From NCBI GenBank assembly GCA_039192615.1, contig JBCCWZ010000001.1, positions 1-54,411 on the forward strand: a stretch of DNA of 54,411 nucleotides, in the 5' to 3' direction. The notes beneath the pieces are model-generated. The model was not told the origin of the DNA, made no database searches, and saw only the letters and a program-made list of their open reading frames with translations. Position numbers and translations under genes: made by a program. Within the stretch, counting starts at the first letter, position 1, and the number at the start of each line of letters is the position of its first letter. This DNA comes from Bacteroidota bacterium. Lineage in GTDB: Bacteria > Bacteroidota > Bacteroidia > Cytophagales > Amoebophilaceae. This document shows, piece by piece, positions 28,665 through 39,166 of this stretch.

Positions 28665-31472
28665 CTATAATTTCTCTTTCAAGTACTGGGCGGTGTGATT
28701 ATCCTTGAGCTTGATCATCGCTTCAGGGGTGCCACTAAACACTACTTCTCCTCCTTTTTCACCCCCTTCTGGTCCCATATCGATCAGCCAGTCCGCACAC
28801 TTGATCACCTCCATGTTGTGCTCAATGACCAGGACACTATGCCCCTCGTCAATCAGCGCATTCATAGCCTTCAATAGCCTGTGGATGTCATGGACATGCA
28901 AGCCCGTTGTAGGTTCGTCAAAAATGAATAGCGTATGCTTGCTGGGCCTCCCTTTACCCAAGTAAGAAGCCAACTTCACGCGTTGTGCCTCCCCGCCACT
29001 GAGTGAGCTAGAAGATTGTCCCAGCCGAATATAGCCGAGTCCCACCTCTTGCAAGCTTTGCAGCCTATGCAGGATAGTAGGCTGATCGGCAAAAAAAGCC
29101 AAGCTATCATCCACCGTCATATCCAACACCTCAGCAATGTCTTTGCCTTTATACCTCACCTCCAGCGTTTCCTCCTTAAAGCGTTTTCCTTGGCAATCCT
29201 CGCAAGGCAGCAGGATATCCGCCATGAATTGCATCTCAATTTTAGTCTCTCCTTCACCCTCACATGCCTCGCACCGGCCACCTTCTAGGTTGAAAGAAAA
29301 TTGCCCTGGTTTGTAGCCTCGTTGTTGTGCCAGAGGCTGCGCTGCAAAAAGCTGTCGAATAGCATCATAAGCCTTGACATACGTGATGGGATTGGAACGG
29401 GAGGATTTTCCGATTGGGTTTTGATCAATAAAGTCGATGTGTTCAATATGCTGAAACTCGCCTGCCAGCTTCCCAAACTTACCTGCCTGTTCTGCCCCGA
29501 CCCCCAGTAGATGACTCATAGCAGGGTAAACGATCTTCTTCACGAGTGTTGATTTGCCAGAACCACTCACGCCGGTCACGACCGTGAGCACACCCAACGG
29601 AATTTTGACATCAATGTGCTTCAAGTTGTTCTCATAAGCTCCTTGAATGAGTACGGCATCGCGCCAGGGCCTCCGCTGGGCTGGAACAGGAATGGTATCG
29701 AGCCCATTCAGGTACCGAGCCGTATGCCCCTGGTTAACCTGCCTCAGCGCTTCCCAATCACCCTGAAACACTAGCTCTCCCCCCTGAGAGCCCGCCTCCG
29801 GCCCAATATCAATCAGTTGGTCAGCCGCCTGCATCACCATCTCCTCGTGCTCTACCACAATGACGGTATTATCCAAGTCCTTCAAGGCCACCAGAATATC
29901 CGTCAGCTTACGCGTATCCCGAGGATGCAACCCAATCGTAGGCTCATCCAAGATATACATCGTCCCCACCAACGTACTTCCCAGCGCCGTAGCCAGCTTA
30001 ATCCGCTGATACTCTCCCCCCGATAAAGTAGACACCTGTCGGTTTAGTGTCAGATACCCTAGTCCTACCTGCTCTAAATAACCCAGCCTATCTTCAATCT
30101 CTTTTAAGACCCTTGCTGCAATAGCCTGCTGATGCGTATCCAGTTTTAGTTGGGCAAAGAAAGGGCCCAGTTTTTCCACAGGCATCAGCAACAACTCAGT
30201 AATAGACTGCCCGCCTACCTTCACATAAGCTGCATCCTTCCTGATTCTCGTCCCCAGACAGTCAGGACACTCTGTTTTGCCGCGGTAGCGCGATAGCATG
30301 ACTCTGTATTGGATTTTGTGGACGCTCTTGGCTAGAAATTCAAAAAAAGCATCTAAGCCTTTGAAGGACTTACTGCCGCTCCAGAGCAATTTTTGCTGGG
30401 CTGCTGACAGCTCGTTATACGGCCTATGAATGGGGAAATCTAGTTTTTTGCTCTGCTTAATCAGTGGATCCAACCATTGCTTCATGGTTTCACTTTGCCA
30501 GGGCACAATAGCCCCCTCGTATACGGAAAGCTGTTTGTTAGGAATGACCTTGTCTGGGTCAATGCCCAGCACCTTGCCAAATCCATCACAAGTGTGGCAG
30601 GCCCCGTAAGGATTGTTAAAGCTGAAGAAGTTTACCGAAGGCACTTCAAACTGCATCCCATCCCGCTCAAAACGATCCGAAAAAGTCCGCTGCTCTCCCC
30701 CAAGTACCTCAATCAAACACGTCCCTTCTCCCTCAAAAAACGCCGTTTGCACAGAATCTCCCAGCCGAAACTGGTTGTTTTCATCCTCCTTATTCACCAC
30801 CACGCGGTCTATGACCAAATACAAAGGTATCTTCTTGTCTAGTTTAGCTGGTTCTGCGATGAGGTCTTCAATAAACAACACCTCGCCTCCTTGCATCACC
30901 CGAGTAAACCCTTTGCCTAATTCTATCTTGAGCGTATCCACCCAACTGCGATCCTTATTGGAATAAAGGGGCGAAAGCACCATCACCTTGCTGTCCGCTG
31001 GAAGTTGCTGGATATAATCCACCACATCCGAAACACTGTCTTGCGTAACAGGCTCGCCACTAACGGGCGAATAAGTAATGCCCACTCGGGCATAGAGCAG
31101 CTTCAAATAGTCATAGATCTCTGTGGCCGTACCCACAGTAGAGCGTGGATTTTTCGTGTTTTTCTTTTGCTCAATGGCAATCGCCGGCGCAATGCCCCGT
31201 ATATAGTCTACGGCAGGCTTCTCCATCCTGCCAAGAAATTGCCGGGCATACGCGCTGAGGCTTTCTACGTACATACGCTGGCCCTCGGCAAACAGGGTAT
31301 CAAAAGCCAAAGAAGACTTGCCTGACCCCGAGAGGCCCGTAATGACTACGAGCTGGTGGCGCGGAATGGCCACGCTGAGGTTTTTTAGGTTGTTGACCCG
31401 CGCTCCTTTGACAATGATGTATTCGCGGGCATCCAGTTGGTCGAGGTTATTTTGTGGGGCAAGGTTATTCAT
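28665..31472 (-). CDS. uvrA: excinuclease ABC subunit A
   Basis: 935 aa with two ABC modules (GLSGSGKSS, GVSGSGKST), zinc-finger CxxC pairs, and LSGGEYQR / LSGGEAQR signatures. Confidence 0.95.
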   Translation of the reverse strand: MNNLAPQNNLDQLDAREYIIVKGARVNNLKNLSVAIPRHQLVVITGLSGSGKSSLAFDTLFAEGQRMYVESLSAYARQFLGRMEKPAVDYIRGIAPAIAIEQKKNTKNPRSTVGTATEIYDYLKLLYARVGITYSPVSGEPVTQDSVSDVVDYIQQLPADSKVMVLSPLYSNKDRSWVDTLKIELGKGFTRVMQGGEVLFIEDLIAEPAKLDKKIPLYLVIDRVVVNKEDENNQFRLGDSVQTAFFEGEGTCLIEVLGGEQRTFSDRFERDGMQFEVPSVNFFSFNNPYGACHTCDGFGKVLGIDPDKVIPNKQLSVYEGAIVPWQSETMKQWLDPLIKQSKKLDFPIHRPYNELSAAQQKLLWSGSKSFKGLDAFFEFLAKSVHKIQYRVMLSRYRGKTECPDCLGTRIRKDAAYVKVGGQSITELLLMPVEKLGPFFAQLKLDTHQQAIAARVLKEIEDRLGYLEQVGLGYLTLNRQVSTLSGGEYQRIKLATALGSTLVGTMYILDEPTIGLHPRDTRKLTDILVALKDLDNTVIVVEHEEMVMQAADQLIDIGPEAGSQGGELVFQGDWEALRQVNQGHTARYLNGLDTIPVPAQRRPWRDAVLIQGAYENNLKHIDVKIPLGVLTVVTGVSGSGKSTLVKKIVYPAMSHLLGVGAEQAGKFGKLAGEFQHIEHIDFIDQNPIGKSSRSNPITYVKAYDAIRQLFAAQPLAQQRGYKPGQFSFNLEGGRCEACEGEGETKIEMQFMADILLPCEDCQGKRFKEETLEVRYKGKDIAEVLDMTVDDSLAFFADQPTILHRLQSLQEVGLGYIRLGQSSSSLSGGEAQRVKLASYLGKGRPSKHTLFIFDEPTTGLHVHDIHRLLKAMNALIDEGHSVLVIEHNMEVIKCADWLIDMGPEGGEKGGEVVFSGTPEAMIKLKDNHTAQYLKEKL

Positions 31473-31619
31473 GATGTCAAGGCGTAAAATGCCAAGCTAA
31501 TACATAGCGGGCTACCAGCCATAGGAAGCACTAGACTGTTGGAAGCATTTGCTCTAAAATCTTGCCAAATTGGGGATAATAAATAACACTTGTATTTTTT
31601 ACGTATTAGCGTTGTACCT

Positions 31620-32351
31620 ATGAAGATAACCCCCCAGCAAGTCCTTAAAAATATTCTTTTTCTCGACATAGAGACGGTCTCTTGTGTGGGTAGCTACGAA
31701 GAACTGGATAGTAACTTCCAGGCGCTGTGGGATAAAAAAGCAGCCAGCCTCCAGCCAGCTAGTGACACCCCTTCCAGTGACTTGTTTTTAGAGAAGGCAG
31801 CAATCTATGCCGAATTTGGCAAGGTCATTGTCATTGGCCTCGGGTTTGTCACTTTTGATGAAACAGGCCAGCCCACGCTGCGCACCAAAGCCCTGCAAGG
31901 CCACGATGAAAAAGCGTTGCTCTTGGCTTTCAAGGAACTGCTCGACAAAGGCTTTCCGCAAGAGGGACTTCGACTGTGCGCCCACAATGGCAAAGAATTT
32001 GACTTCCCGTACCTCTGCCGAAGAATGGTCGTGCATGACATTCCCCTGCCACCGGCTTTAGACATAGCCGGTAAGAAGCCTTGGGAGGTAGCGCACTTGG
32101 ATACGATGGAGCTTTGGAAATTTGGCGATAGAAAGAGTTTTACCTCGTTGCACCTCTTAGCTACATTATTCGGAATCTCCTCGAGCAAGGAACTGATGCA
32201 AGGCCACGAAGTCAATCACTATTACTACCAAGCAAACAACCTCGATAAGATTGCCGCCTACTGCGTGCAAGACGTAATAGTCACTGTTCAGCTTTTTCTC
32301 AAGATGAATTATTGGCCACTCCTCTCGCCTGACCAGATTGTGGTTGCATAG
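31620..32351 (+). CDS. stand-alone DEDDy 3'-5' exonuclease (PolB-exonuclease-like, RNase H fold)
   Basis: Exo I FLDIET, Exo II HNGKEFDFPYL and Exo III YCVQDV motifs are present. I prefer the ATG at 31620 (MKITPQQVLKNILFLDIETV). Confidence 0.7.
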   Translation: MKITPQQVLKNILFLDIETVSCVGSYEELDSNFQALWDKKAASLQPASDTPSSDLFLEKAAIYAEFGKVIVIGLGFVTFDETGQPTLRTKALQGHDEKALLLAFKELLDKGFPQEGLRLCAHNGKEFDFPYLCRRMVVHDIPLPPALDIAGKKPWEVAHLDTMELWKFGDRKSFTSLHLLATLFGISSSKELMQGHEVNHYYYQANNLDKIAAYCVQDVIVTVQLFLKMNYWPLLSPDQIVVA

Positions 32352-32456
32352 AGGTCACCAAGCCATCTCATCACTACCTAAGCAGCCCACCAATTTGAAT
32401 TCCCCTATTTTTTTCCAAAATTAGCACCCGGATCAAAAAAGAGTTGACTTTTACAG

Positions 32457-32480
32457 AGGGGGCCAAGCCCCCTATTTTTA
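32457..32480 (+). terminator. GC-rich hairpin + T-run (terminator or attenuator) 39 nt upstream of nusA
   Basis: agggggc-caa-gccccct (7-bp stem, 32457-32473) is followed by ATTTTTA. Only the plus strand has the T-run. Confidence 0.55.
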
Positions 32481-32518
32481 TATACTTAAGATACAACGGA
32501 AGCTTGACCAGAGTAACC

Positions 32519-33754
32519 ATGGATAGTAAAACACTTATTGAATCCTTTGCAGAGTTTGCCCGGTCTAAAAACATCGATCGGCCTACCGTCATTAGGATTT
32601 TAGAGGATGTCTTTAAAGCGATGATCCGCAAGAAGTTTGAGGTAGATGATAACTTTGACATTATCATCAACCTAGATGAAGGCGACTTGCAGCTATGGCG
32701 TTTTAGGGAGGTCGTGGATGATAACTCGGAGGATATTTGGGATCACGACAAGATCAGCTTGTCGGAGGCGCATAAGATAGAGGCGGATTTTGAGATAGGC
32801 GAGGAGGTAGCCGAGGAAGTTAAGTTGGAGAGTTTTGGCCGTAGAGCGATTATGACGGCTAAACAGGCGCTGATTCAAAAAGTAAAAGACTTAGAAAAAG
32901 ACGTCATCTACAACAAATACGCCCAATTGACCGGGGAAATGATCACAGCAGAAGTCTACCAAGTATTGAGTAGAGATGTGCTGCTGCTAGATGATGAAAA
33001 GAACGAGCTTACCCTGCCCAAATCAGAGCAAATTCCCAAAGATCGCTTCAAGAAAGGCGACTACGTACGGGCTATTGTACACAAGGTAGAGCTAGAAAGA
33101 AGCACCCCAAGAGTAGTACTCTCCAGAACCTCGCCTGTATTTTTAGAACGACTGTTCGAGAGCGAAGTGCCTGAAATAGAGGAAGGCCTCATCACCATCA
33201 AAAAAGTAGTACGAGAACCTGGAGAAAGAGCCAAAGTAGCGGTAGAGTCTTATGACGATCGCATTGACCCCGTAGGCGCCTGCGTAGGCATGAAAGGTTC
33301 CAGAATCCACAGCATTGTCAGAGAACTACAAAACGAAAACATCGATGTAATCAACTATACCGACAACCTAGACCTCTACATCGCCCGTGCACTTAGTCCC
33401 GCCAAAATAAGCAGTATGCAGCACAAAGAAGACCGGGTGGCTGTTTACCTCAAGCCCGACCAAGTTTCTTTAGCCATTGGCAGAGGCGGACAAAACATTA
33501 AGCTAGCGAGCCGGCTGATTGGCAAAGAGATCGATGTGTATAGAGAACTTGACGACCAAGAGGAGGACGTAAGTATCGAAGAATTTGCCGATGAGATAGA
33601 AAGCTGGATCATCGAGGAACTGAAGAAAATAGGGCTTGATAGCGCCAAAAGTGTCCTAGCAGTCTCTAAAGAAGACCTAGAAAGGCGCACAGACTTGGAG
33701 CAAGAGACCATTGATGAGCTATACCGTATTTTAAGCCAAGAATTTGAAGAGTAA
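32519..33754 (+). CDS. nusA: transcription termination/antitermination factor NusA
   Basis: [32 protein letters not shown], then S1 and two KH domains ([23 protein letters not shown]). I prefer the ATG at 32519 over the track start. Confidence 0.9.
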   Translation: MDSKTLIESFAEFARSKNIDRPTVIRILEDVFKAMIRKKFEVDDNFDIIINLDEGDLQLWRFREVVDDNSEDIWDHDKISLSEAHKIEADFEIGEEVAEEVKLESFGRRAIMTAKQALIQKVKDLEKDVIYNKYAQLTGEMITAEVYQVLSRDVLLLDDEKNELTLPKSEQIPKDRFKKGDYVRAIVHKVELERSTPRVVLSRTSPVFLERLFESEVPEIEEGLITIKKVVREPGERAKVAVESYDDRIDPVGACVGMKGSRIHSIVRELQNENIDVINYTDNLDLYIARALSPAKISSMQHKEDRVAVYLKPDQVSLAIGRGGQNIKLASRLIGKEIDVYRELDDQEEDVSIEEFADEIESWIIEELKKIGLDSAKSVLAVSKEDLERRTDLEQETIDELYRILSQEFEE

Positions 33755-33767
33755 TAACACTAGCCCC

Positions 33768-36332
33768 ATGGCCGAAGGAAAGACAATGCGACTGAGCCAG
33801 GCAGCAAGAAAGCTCAACGTAGGGACTGCTACCCTCGTAGCCCACCTTGCTGAGCAAGGCATTGAGGTTGAAAATAAGCCCCACGTAAAGATTACGATGG
33901 ACCAGTTCAACATACTGGCCCAAGAATTTGCTGCTGCGGCTATGGACAAAGAGGAGGCATCAGAAATAGCCATTGGAGAAAGCTACGCCGATACCTCCAG
34001 TGTCGATGAGGAGCCCAAGCCTACGCCCAAAGAAAAAAAGGCCGTCTCAAAGCATGAGCTAGCGACCCCTCAACTACCTGGTGTGAAGATAGTAGGTAAA
34101 ACAGTGCTAGAGCGAGACAAAAAACCAGCCCCAGCAACCCCAGATTCGTCGACTTCAGCGGCTGATACTGACTCCACTGCTCCAATAACCGAGCAACAAC
34201 CCCCTGAGCCTGTTGAAAAAATCACCGTAGAAGAACAAGAAAACCTAAAGGGTCTGACGGTGCTGGGCAAGATGGACTTGCCCAAGCCTGAAGAGAAAAA
34301 ATTCCAGCAAGTAGCCTCTTCAGATACCAAGCAGGAAAAAAAGAAAAGACCTAGAAAAAGGCTCGCAACACCCACTTCATCGGGAAGCACCGCCACAAGA
34401 AAAGGTAAACCAGAAAAAGAGGGCCTTTCAGAACAAGAAATCCAAGAACAAATTAAAAATACCCTGGCCAAGCTAGGTAGAAGTAATACACGAGAAGCCA
34501 ACCGCGCCAAGTACCGAAAAGAAAAAAGATCGGCCATAGCAGAGGCTCAAGAAGAAGCACTCTTGCGCGAACAAGAGGGAGCCAAAACACTCCAAGTAAC
34601 CGAGTTTATCTCTGCCAACGACCTTGCCTCGCTCATGGGCGTCTCCGTCAATGAAGTCATCTCTACCTGCATGTCTTTGGGCATGGTTACTTCCATCAAC
34701 CAGCGGTTAGATGCCGAAGCCATCACTGTCATTGCCGATGAATTTGGGTATCAGATTGAATTTACAGACGTCAAAGACGAAGAAATCGAAGAAGAAGAGC
34801 AAGACAACCCCGAAGATTTGGTCGAGCGGGCCCCTATCGTCACCATCATGGGCCATGTAGACCACGGGAAGACATCCTTGCTTGACTATATCCGCCAAGC
34901 ACAAGTGACCCAAGGAGAAGCAGGCGGCATTACCCAGCACATCGGTGCCTATGACGTTGTTACAGAAAGTGGTAAAAGAATTGCCTTCTTAGATACCCCA
35001 GGCCACGAAGCTTTTACCGCCATGCGCGCGCGCGGTGCCAAAATCACCGATATCGTCATTATTGTAGTAGCTGCCGATGACAGGGTGATGCCCCAGACCA
35101 AAGAAGCCATCAACCATGCACAAGTAGCCGGTGTACCTATCATCGTTGCCATCAACAAGATGGATAAACCTGAAGCCAACCCTGACAAAATCAAAGAGGA
35201 GCTATCAGGCATCAATATCTTAGTAGAGGATTGGGGCGGCAAATACCAAAGCCAAGCCATCTCTGCCAAAACAGGGCAAGGCGTCAATGAGCTATTAGAA
35301 AAGGTACTCCTAGAAGCCGAACTTCTAGAGCTCCAAGCCAATCCCCACAAGAAAGCCAAAGGCACTGTTTTAGAAGCCTCGCTAGACCAAGGAAAAGGCT
35401 ACGTAGCTACCCTGATGATACAGGCCGGTACACTGAAAGTCGGTGACGTCGTACTAGCCGGTGCTTATTATGGTAAGGTCAAGGCTATGAATGATCATCG
35501 TGGTCACCATGTTCAAGAAGCCATTCCTTCTACCCCCGTCCAAGTATTAGGGCTCAACGGCGCGCCTCAAGCAGGGGATGCCTGCCGTGTCATGAGCACT
35601 GAAAAAGAAGCCCGTGAGATCGCCACCCAGAAGCAGCAAATTCTCAGAGAACAAACCCTCCGCACCAAAACCCACATCACTCTTGATGAGATTGGGCGCA
35701 GACTGGCCATTGGTAATTTCAAAGAGCTCAACATTATTCTTAAAGGCGACGTAGATGGCTCTATCGAAGCCCTCTCTGATTCCCTCTTAAAACTCTCTAC
35801 CGAAGAGATTCAAGTCAATATCATCCACAAGAGCGTAGGCGCCATCACCGATTCTGATATTCTACTGGCTTCGGCAGCAGATGCCATCGTCATCGGATTC
35901 CAAGTACGCCCCTCTGCCAATACCCGCAAACTTGCTGAAAAAGAAGGTATCGAAATGCGCCTTTACTCCATCATCTACGATGCCATCAACAATGTCAAAG
36001 ACGCCATGCAGGGCATGCTAGCCCCTTCTATCGAAGAAGTTATTACCGGCAATGCCACCGTGCGAGAAGTCTTTAAAATATCCAAAGTAGGCACCGTAGC
36101 AGGCTGCTATGTTACCGATGGCTACCTCAAAAAAGCCAACCAAATACGCCTCATCAGAGACGGCATTGTCATCTACACAGGCAGCATCAACCAACTCAAG
36201 CGTTTTAAAGACGATGTCCAGGAAGTAAAAAATGGCTTTGAGTGCGGCCTCAGCATCACAGGCTTTAATGACATCAAAGTAGACGACGTCCTCGAAGGCT
36301 TTGAAGAAAAAGAAGTAGCCCGCAAGCTCTAG
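33768..36332 (+). CDS. infB: translation initiation factor IF-2
   Basis: G domain [12 protein letters not shown] / DTPGHEAF / NKMD, a charged low-complexity N-terminus, and a position downstream of nusA. I prefer the ATG at 33768 (after the nusA stop at 33752-33754). Confidence 0.95.
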   Translation: MAEGKTMRLSQAARKLNVGTATLVAHLAEQGIEVENKPHVKITMDQFNILAQEFAAAAMDKEEASEIAIGESYADTSSVDEEPKPTPKEKKAVSKHELATPQLPGVKIVGKTVLERDKKPAPATPDSSTSAADTDSTAPITEQQPPEPVEKITVEEQENLKGLTVLGKMDLPKPEEKKFQQVASSDTKQEKKKRPRKRLATPTSSGSTATRKGKPEKEGLSEQEIQEQIKNTLAKLGRSNTREANRAKYRKEKRSAIAEAQEEALLREQEGAKTLQVTEFISANDLASLMGVSVNEVISTCMSLGMVTSINQRLDAEAITVIADEFGYQIEFTDVKDEEIEEEEQDNPEDLVERAPIVTIMGHVDHGKTSLLDYIRQAQVTQGEAGGITQHIGAYDVVTESGKRIAFLDTPGHEAFTAMRARGAKITDIVIIVVAADDRVMPQTKEAINHAQVAGVPIIVAINKMDKPEANPDKIKEELSGINILVEDWGGKYQSQAISAKTGQGVNELLEKVLLEAELLELQANPHKKAKGTVLEASLDQGKGYVATLMIQAGTLKVGDVVLAGAYYGKVKAMNDHRGHHVQEAIPSTPVQVLGLNGAPQAGDACRVMSTEKEAREIATQKQQILREQTLRTKTHITLDEIGRRLAIGNFKELNIILKGDVDGSIEALSDSLLKLSTEEIQVNIIHKSVGAITDSDILLASAADAIVIGFQVRPSANTRKLAEKEGIEMRLYSIIYDAINNVKDAMQGMLAPSIEEVITGNATVREVFKISKVGTVAGCYVTDGYLKKANQIRLIRDGIVIYTGSINQLKRFKDDVQEVKNGFECGLSITGFNDIKVDDVLEGFEEKEVARKL

Positions 36333-36399
36333 CCACTTGTGAATTGTGTGCGCTAGTGATTTCTTGATTCATATTTTCTTGACACTACTGTGCACCTTT

Positions 36400-36480
36400 T
36401 GTCACCCTGAGCCGCAAGCGAAGGGTCTTCTTCGCAGTGTATAGCACCCGTGAGATTCCTCACCTCCGTTCGGAAGGACA
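36400..36480. repeat. degenerate copy of a short intergenic palindromic element of the GTCAyCCTGAGC..GAAGGrTC type seen in many Bacteroidota genomes
   Basis: The arms tgtcaccctgagccgcaagcgaagggtc (36400-36427) and gattcctcacctccgttcggaaggaca (36454-36480) are imperfect reverse complements. The resemblance to the family is from memory. There is only one copy in this window. Confidence 0.3.
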
Positions 36481-36504
36481 ATCTTTAGTTTTATAGTTTG
36501 CTCC

Positions 36505-37254
36505 TCACTCCTCAGAAGCTGCAGGCTTGGCCCATTGGACGCCCATAAGCAAGGGGGCATACAAATCTTCGTGCATAGGAATGCGGATATCCGTCACTTC
36601 TGCTGGGATAGGAGGCTGATCCATGAAAGTCACCTGAGGCAAATCTTGGAGTAGTGCTAGGGGCGTTTGTTCACTTCCCTCCCCCATGACAAAAACAGCC
36701 GCCGCTGCTAACGCATCCAACACATTCGCTTGCGACACGCGCAAGGGTCTTCCATACAAATCAGGCTTTCCTACATAGGAATGCAAAGGCGCAAAGCCAC
36801 ACCACCCCAAAGCAATCCCCATGACACCCCGCCGCATCGGTGTCGTATGACTATCCGTAATCAAGACGCCTAGCCGTTTTACACGATGCCTTTGTCGCAA
36901 ATGATGCCATAATTCAACAGCTACGTCTTGCACATTAGCCGGATAAAGGATGTAAGTATGGTCGGCATTAGACTCGTCAATCCCTGCTGAAGGCAATAAA
37001 ATTCCCTCTTTGATGGCAAGGACGATGCCATAAGGACTTTCTACCCCTTGCGCCACTGCATCCGCCTCTTGTCTAATTAGTGCCTCTTTAGCAATCGAAT
37101 TTTGGTCTATTACCCGGCCCTGACATACACTAACGACTTTAGAAGTGATGGCTAACACACTCCCTTCAGTAATTACCGGTACATAACGATCAACTAGTGC
37201 CAAGAGAGAGGCCCCCACTTCTACCCGGTGTGTTTGAATGGCTTGAACTTTCAT
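36505..37254 (-). CDS. CofE-family gamma-glutamyl ligase homologue (F420-0:gamma-glutamyl ligase-like)
   Basis: 249 aa: SAGIDESN, LGVLITDSHTTPMRRGVMGIALG, GKPDLYGRPLRVSQANVLDALAAAAVFVMGEGSEQTP parallels archaeal CofE motifs. Confidence 0.7.
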   Translation of the reverse strand: MKVQAIQTHRVEVGASLLALVDRYVPVITEGSVLAITSKVVSVCQGRVIDQNSIAKEALIRQEADAVAQGVESPYGIVLAIKEGILLPSAGIDESNADHTYILYPANVQDVAVELWHHLRQRHRVKRLGVLITDSHTTPMRRGVMGIALGWCGFAPLHSYVGKPDLYGRPLRVSQANVLDALAAAAVFVMGEGSEQTPLALLQDLPQVTFMDQPPIPAEVTDIRIPMHEDLYAPLLMGVQWAKPAASEE

Positions 37255-37275
37255 ATGAGAGCTATTTTAAAAGAG

Positions 37276-39117
37276 TTAGCCTTCTTTTTGGTGCAGCAAG
37301 CTCAACTTGTGGTACAGTCCTCCTTGCCTTAGCAGTGCCTCATGCGTTCCCTGTTCTACCACCACGCAAGCCTCCATGACCAAAATTTCATCAGCATTCT
37401 GAATCGTAGCCAGCCGGTGGGCCACTACCAATGAGGTCTTGCTCTGCATGAGTTGGTCGATATTAGCTTGCACCTGCTGGGCCGTAGCACTATCCAGGGC
37501 TGAAGTAGCTTCATCCATGATGAGAACAGACGGCCTCTCTAGCACAGCCCGGGCAATGCCTATTTGTTGTTTCTGACCACTCGATAGGCCCCTGCCGCCT
37601 GTACCAATCACAGTTTGATAGCCCTGCGGTAGCGCCTGGATAAAGTCATGGGCCTGGGCTAGACGTGCTGCCTCCACCACGGCCTCCTCTGAAGCCCCTG
37701 GCCTGCCCAAAGTGATGTTATTCAACACCGTATCATGGAAAAGCACGGGCATAGGCGGAATTAGCCCGATCACCCGGTGCAATGCTTTCAAATCATAGTC
37801 TTGGATCGGGTGGTCATCGATTTGTATCACTCCCTCCGTCACATCATAGTATCTGTTGAGGAGGTGTATAAGGGTTGACTTACCGCTGCCAGAGAGGCCC
37901 ACCAAAGCCGTCTTCTTACCTGCTTTGATCGTGAGGTTCAGATGCTGGAGGATGGGCTTGTTGCCATAGGTGAAGCTTACGTTTTGGAAGGTAATCCCTT
38001 GCTGCAAAGCTTGGATAGTGCGTGGATGGGGGGGGCTAACAATGGCTGGAGATGTATCTATCAGGGCAAAAATGCGTTTACCTGCTGCCAGCCCTCGCTG
38101 AATGTTGCCGAGATATTTGGAGATCGACTTGACTGGCACCAGTGATTGGGCTAGGATAATGAGGTAGGTGATGAAGGTACTAGCTGTCAAGCTAGACATC
38201 TGCAGCAGCACCATTTTTCCGCCATATACCAAGAGCAAGGTTATGACCAAGACGCCCAGGAACTCAGACAGCAGAGGCACCAGGCTGTTCTTGCGTAGCA
38301 TAGAAAAGCTCAACCGTTTGTAATGATTATTTTCTTGCCTAAACCTAGCCGCTATATAAGGGCGTGTTGTCAACGCCTGACTAACCTTCATGCCTTCCAT
38401 GGACTCTTCGATAATCGACGTCAGCTTTCCCAGCGCAGCCTGGCTCTGCGTAGCGCGCTGCAAGACACGTCGCAAAAGCCACCCTACACCCCCTCCCACT
38501 ATCGGCAGCAAAAGCAGTACCAGCCAGGCCAGCTCAGGTGCCATATAAAATAGTACGGTAAAGTATCCTCCAATAGTGATCGGATCTTTCAGAAAAACCC
38601 GAAGCATATAGGCCATAGCATGCTCTACCTCCTGCACATCCCCCATCAGCCGAGCCATGACTTCCCCACTGTGCTGCTCATGAAAGTAGCCCATGTGTAA
38701 ACGCGACACCTTGTCAAAAAGTGTCTGCCGCAGGTGATGCACCACATGCACACGCAGCCCTGCTGTGATGACCTCGGCTAAGTATCTGAATAGGTTAGAT
38801 AGTAACATTGAGAGCACAATGGCCAAGCAGACAAAGTACAGGGCACTAATACGGCCATGACTAGTAATCATGCTGATCAGGTGGTAATTGAATACCTCTT
38901 TCAGGTAATTGAGCGTAAGAGAAAATGTAGGTTGGGAGGCAGCAACAACAGCGGCTCTGAGGTCATCCTGTCCAAACAAGACTTTGAGTACAGGAATGAG
39001 CATGCTCAGATTGACCAATCCAAAGAAAGTGCCCAGAGTGGTAGCCAGCAGATACAACACCAGCAGCCACTTGAGTGGGCCTGCATAAGACAATATCCGT
39101 AGGTAGGTCTTGATCAT
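37276..39117 (-). CDS. ABC transporter permease/ATP-binding fusion (MsbA-like exporter)
   Basis: Six N-terminal TMs, then Walker A GLSGSGKST, signature LSSGQKQQ and Walker B VLIMDEATSALD. I prefer the ATG at 39117; the track start at 39126 is a TTG. Confidence 0.85.
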   Translation of the reverse strand: MIKTYLRILSYAGPLKWLLVLYLLATTLGTFFGLVNLSMLIPVLKVLFGQDDLRAAVVAASQPTFSLTLNYLKEVFNYHLISMITSHGRISALYFVCLAIVLSMLLSNLFRYLAEVITAGLRVHVVHHLRQTLFDKVSRLHMGYFHEQHSGEVMARLMGDVQEVEHAMAYMLRVFLKDPITIGGYFTVLFYMAPELAWLVLLLLPIVGGGVGWLLRRVLQRATQSQAALGKLTSIIEESMEGMKVSQALTTRPYIAARFRQENNHYKRLSFSMLRKNSLVPLLSEFLGVLVITLLLVYGGKMVLLQMSSLTASTFITYLIILAQSLVPVKSISKYLGNIQRGLAAGKRIFALIDTSPAIVSPPHPRTIQALQQGITFQNVSFTYGNKPILQHLNLTIKAGKKTALVGLSGSGKSTLIHLLNRYYDVTEGVIQIDDHPIQDYDLKALHRVIGLIPPMPVLFHDTVLNNITLGRPGASEEAVVEAARLAQAHDFIQALPQGYQTVIGTGGRGLSSGQKQQIGIARAVLERPSVLIMDEATSALDSATAQQVQANIDQLMQSKTSLVVAHRLATIQNADEILVMEACVVVEQGTHEALLRQGGLYHKLSLLHQKEG

Positions 39118-39166
39118 AGCCGGCAAGTGAGGCTCTTTTTATCAGCCAGGGACGCCTAATAGCCCG

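Noticed and set aside
21449-32351. Whether RadC, the PLD-type nuclease and the DEDDy exonuclease form a defence island.
   Set aside because: These genes are interleaved with core metabolism and translation genes (rpsT, tRNA-Ser, lysC, fbp, uvrA). They are not adjacent to one another, and no helicase, methylase or ATPase partners are present.
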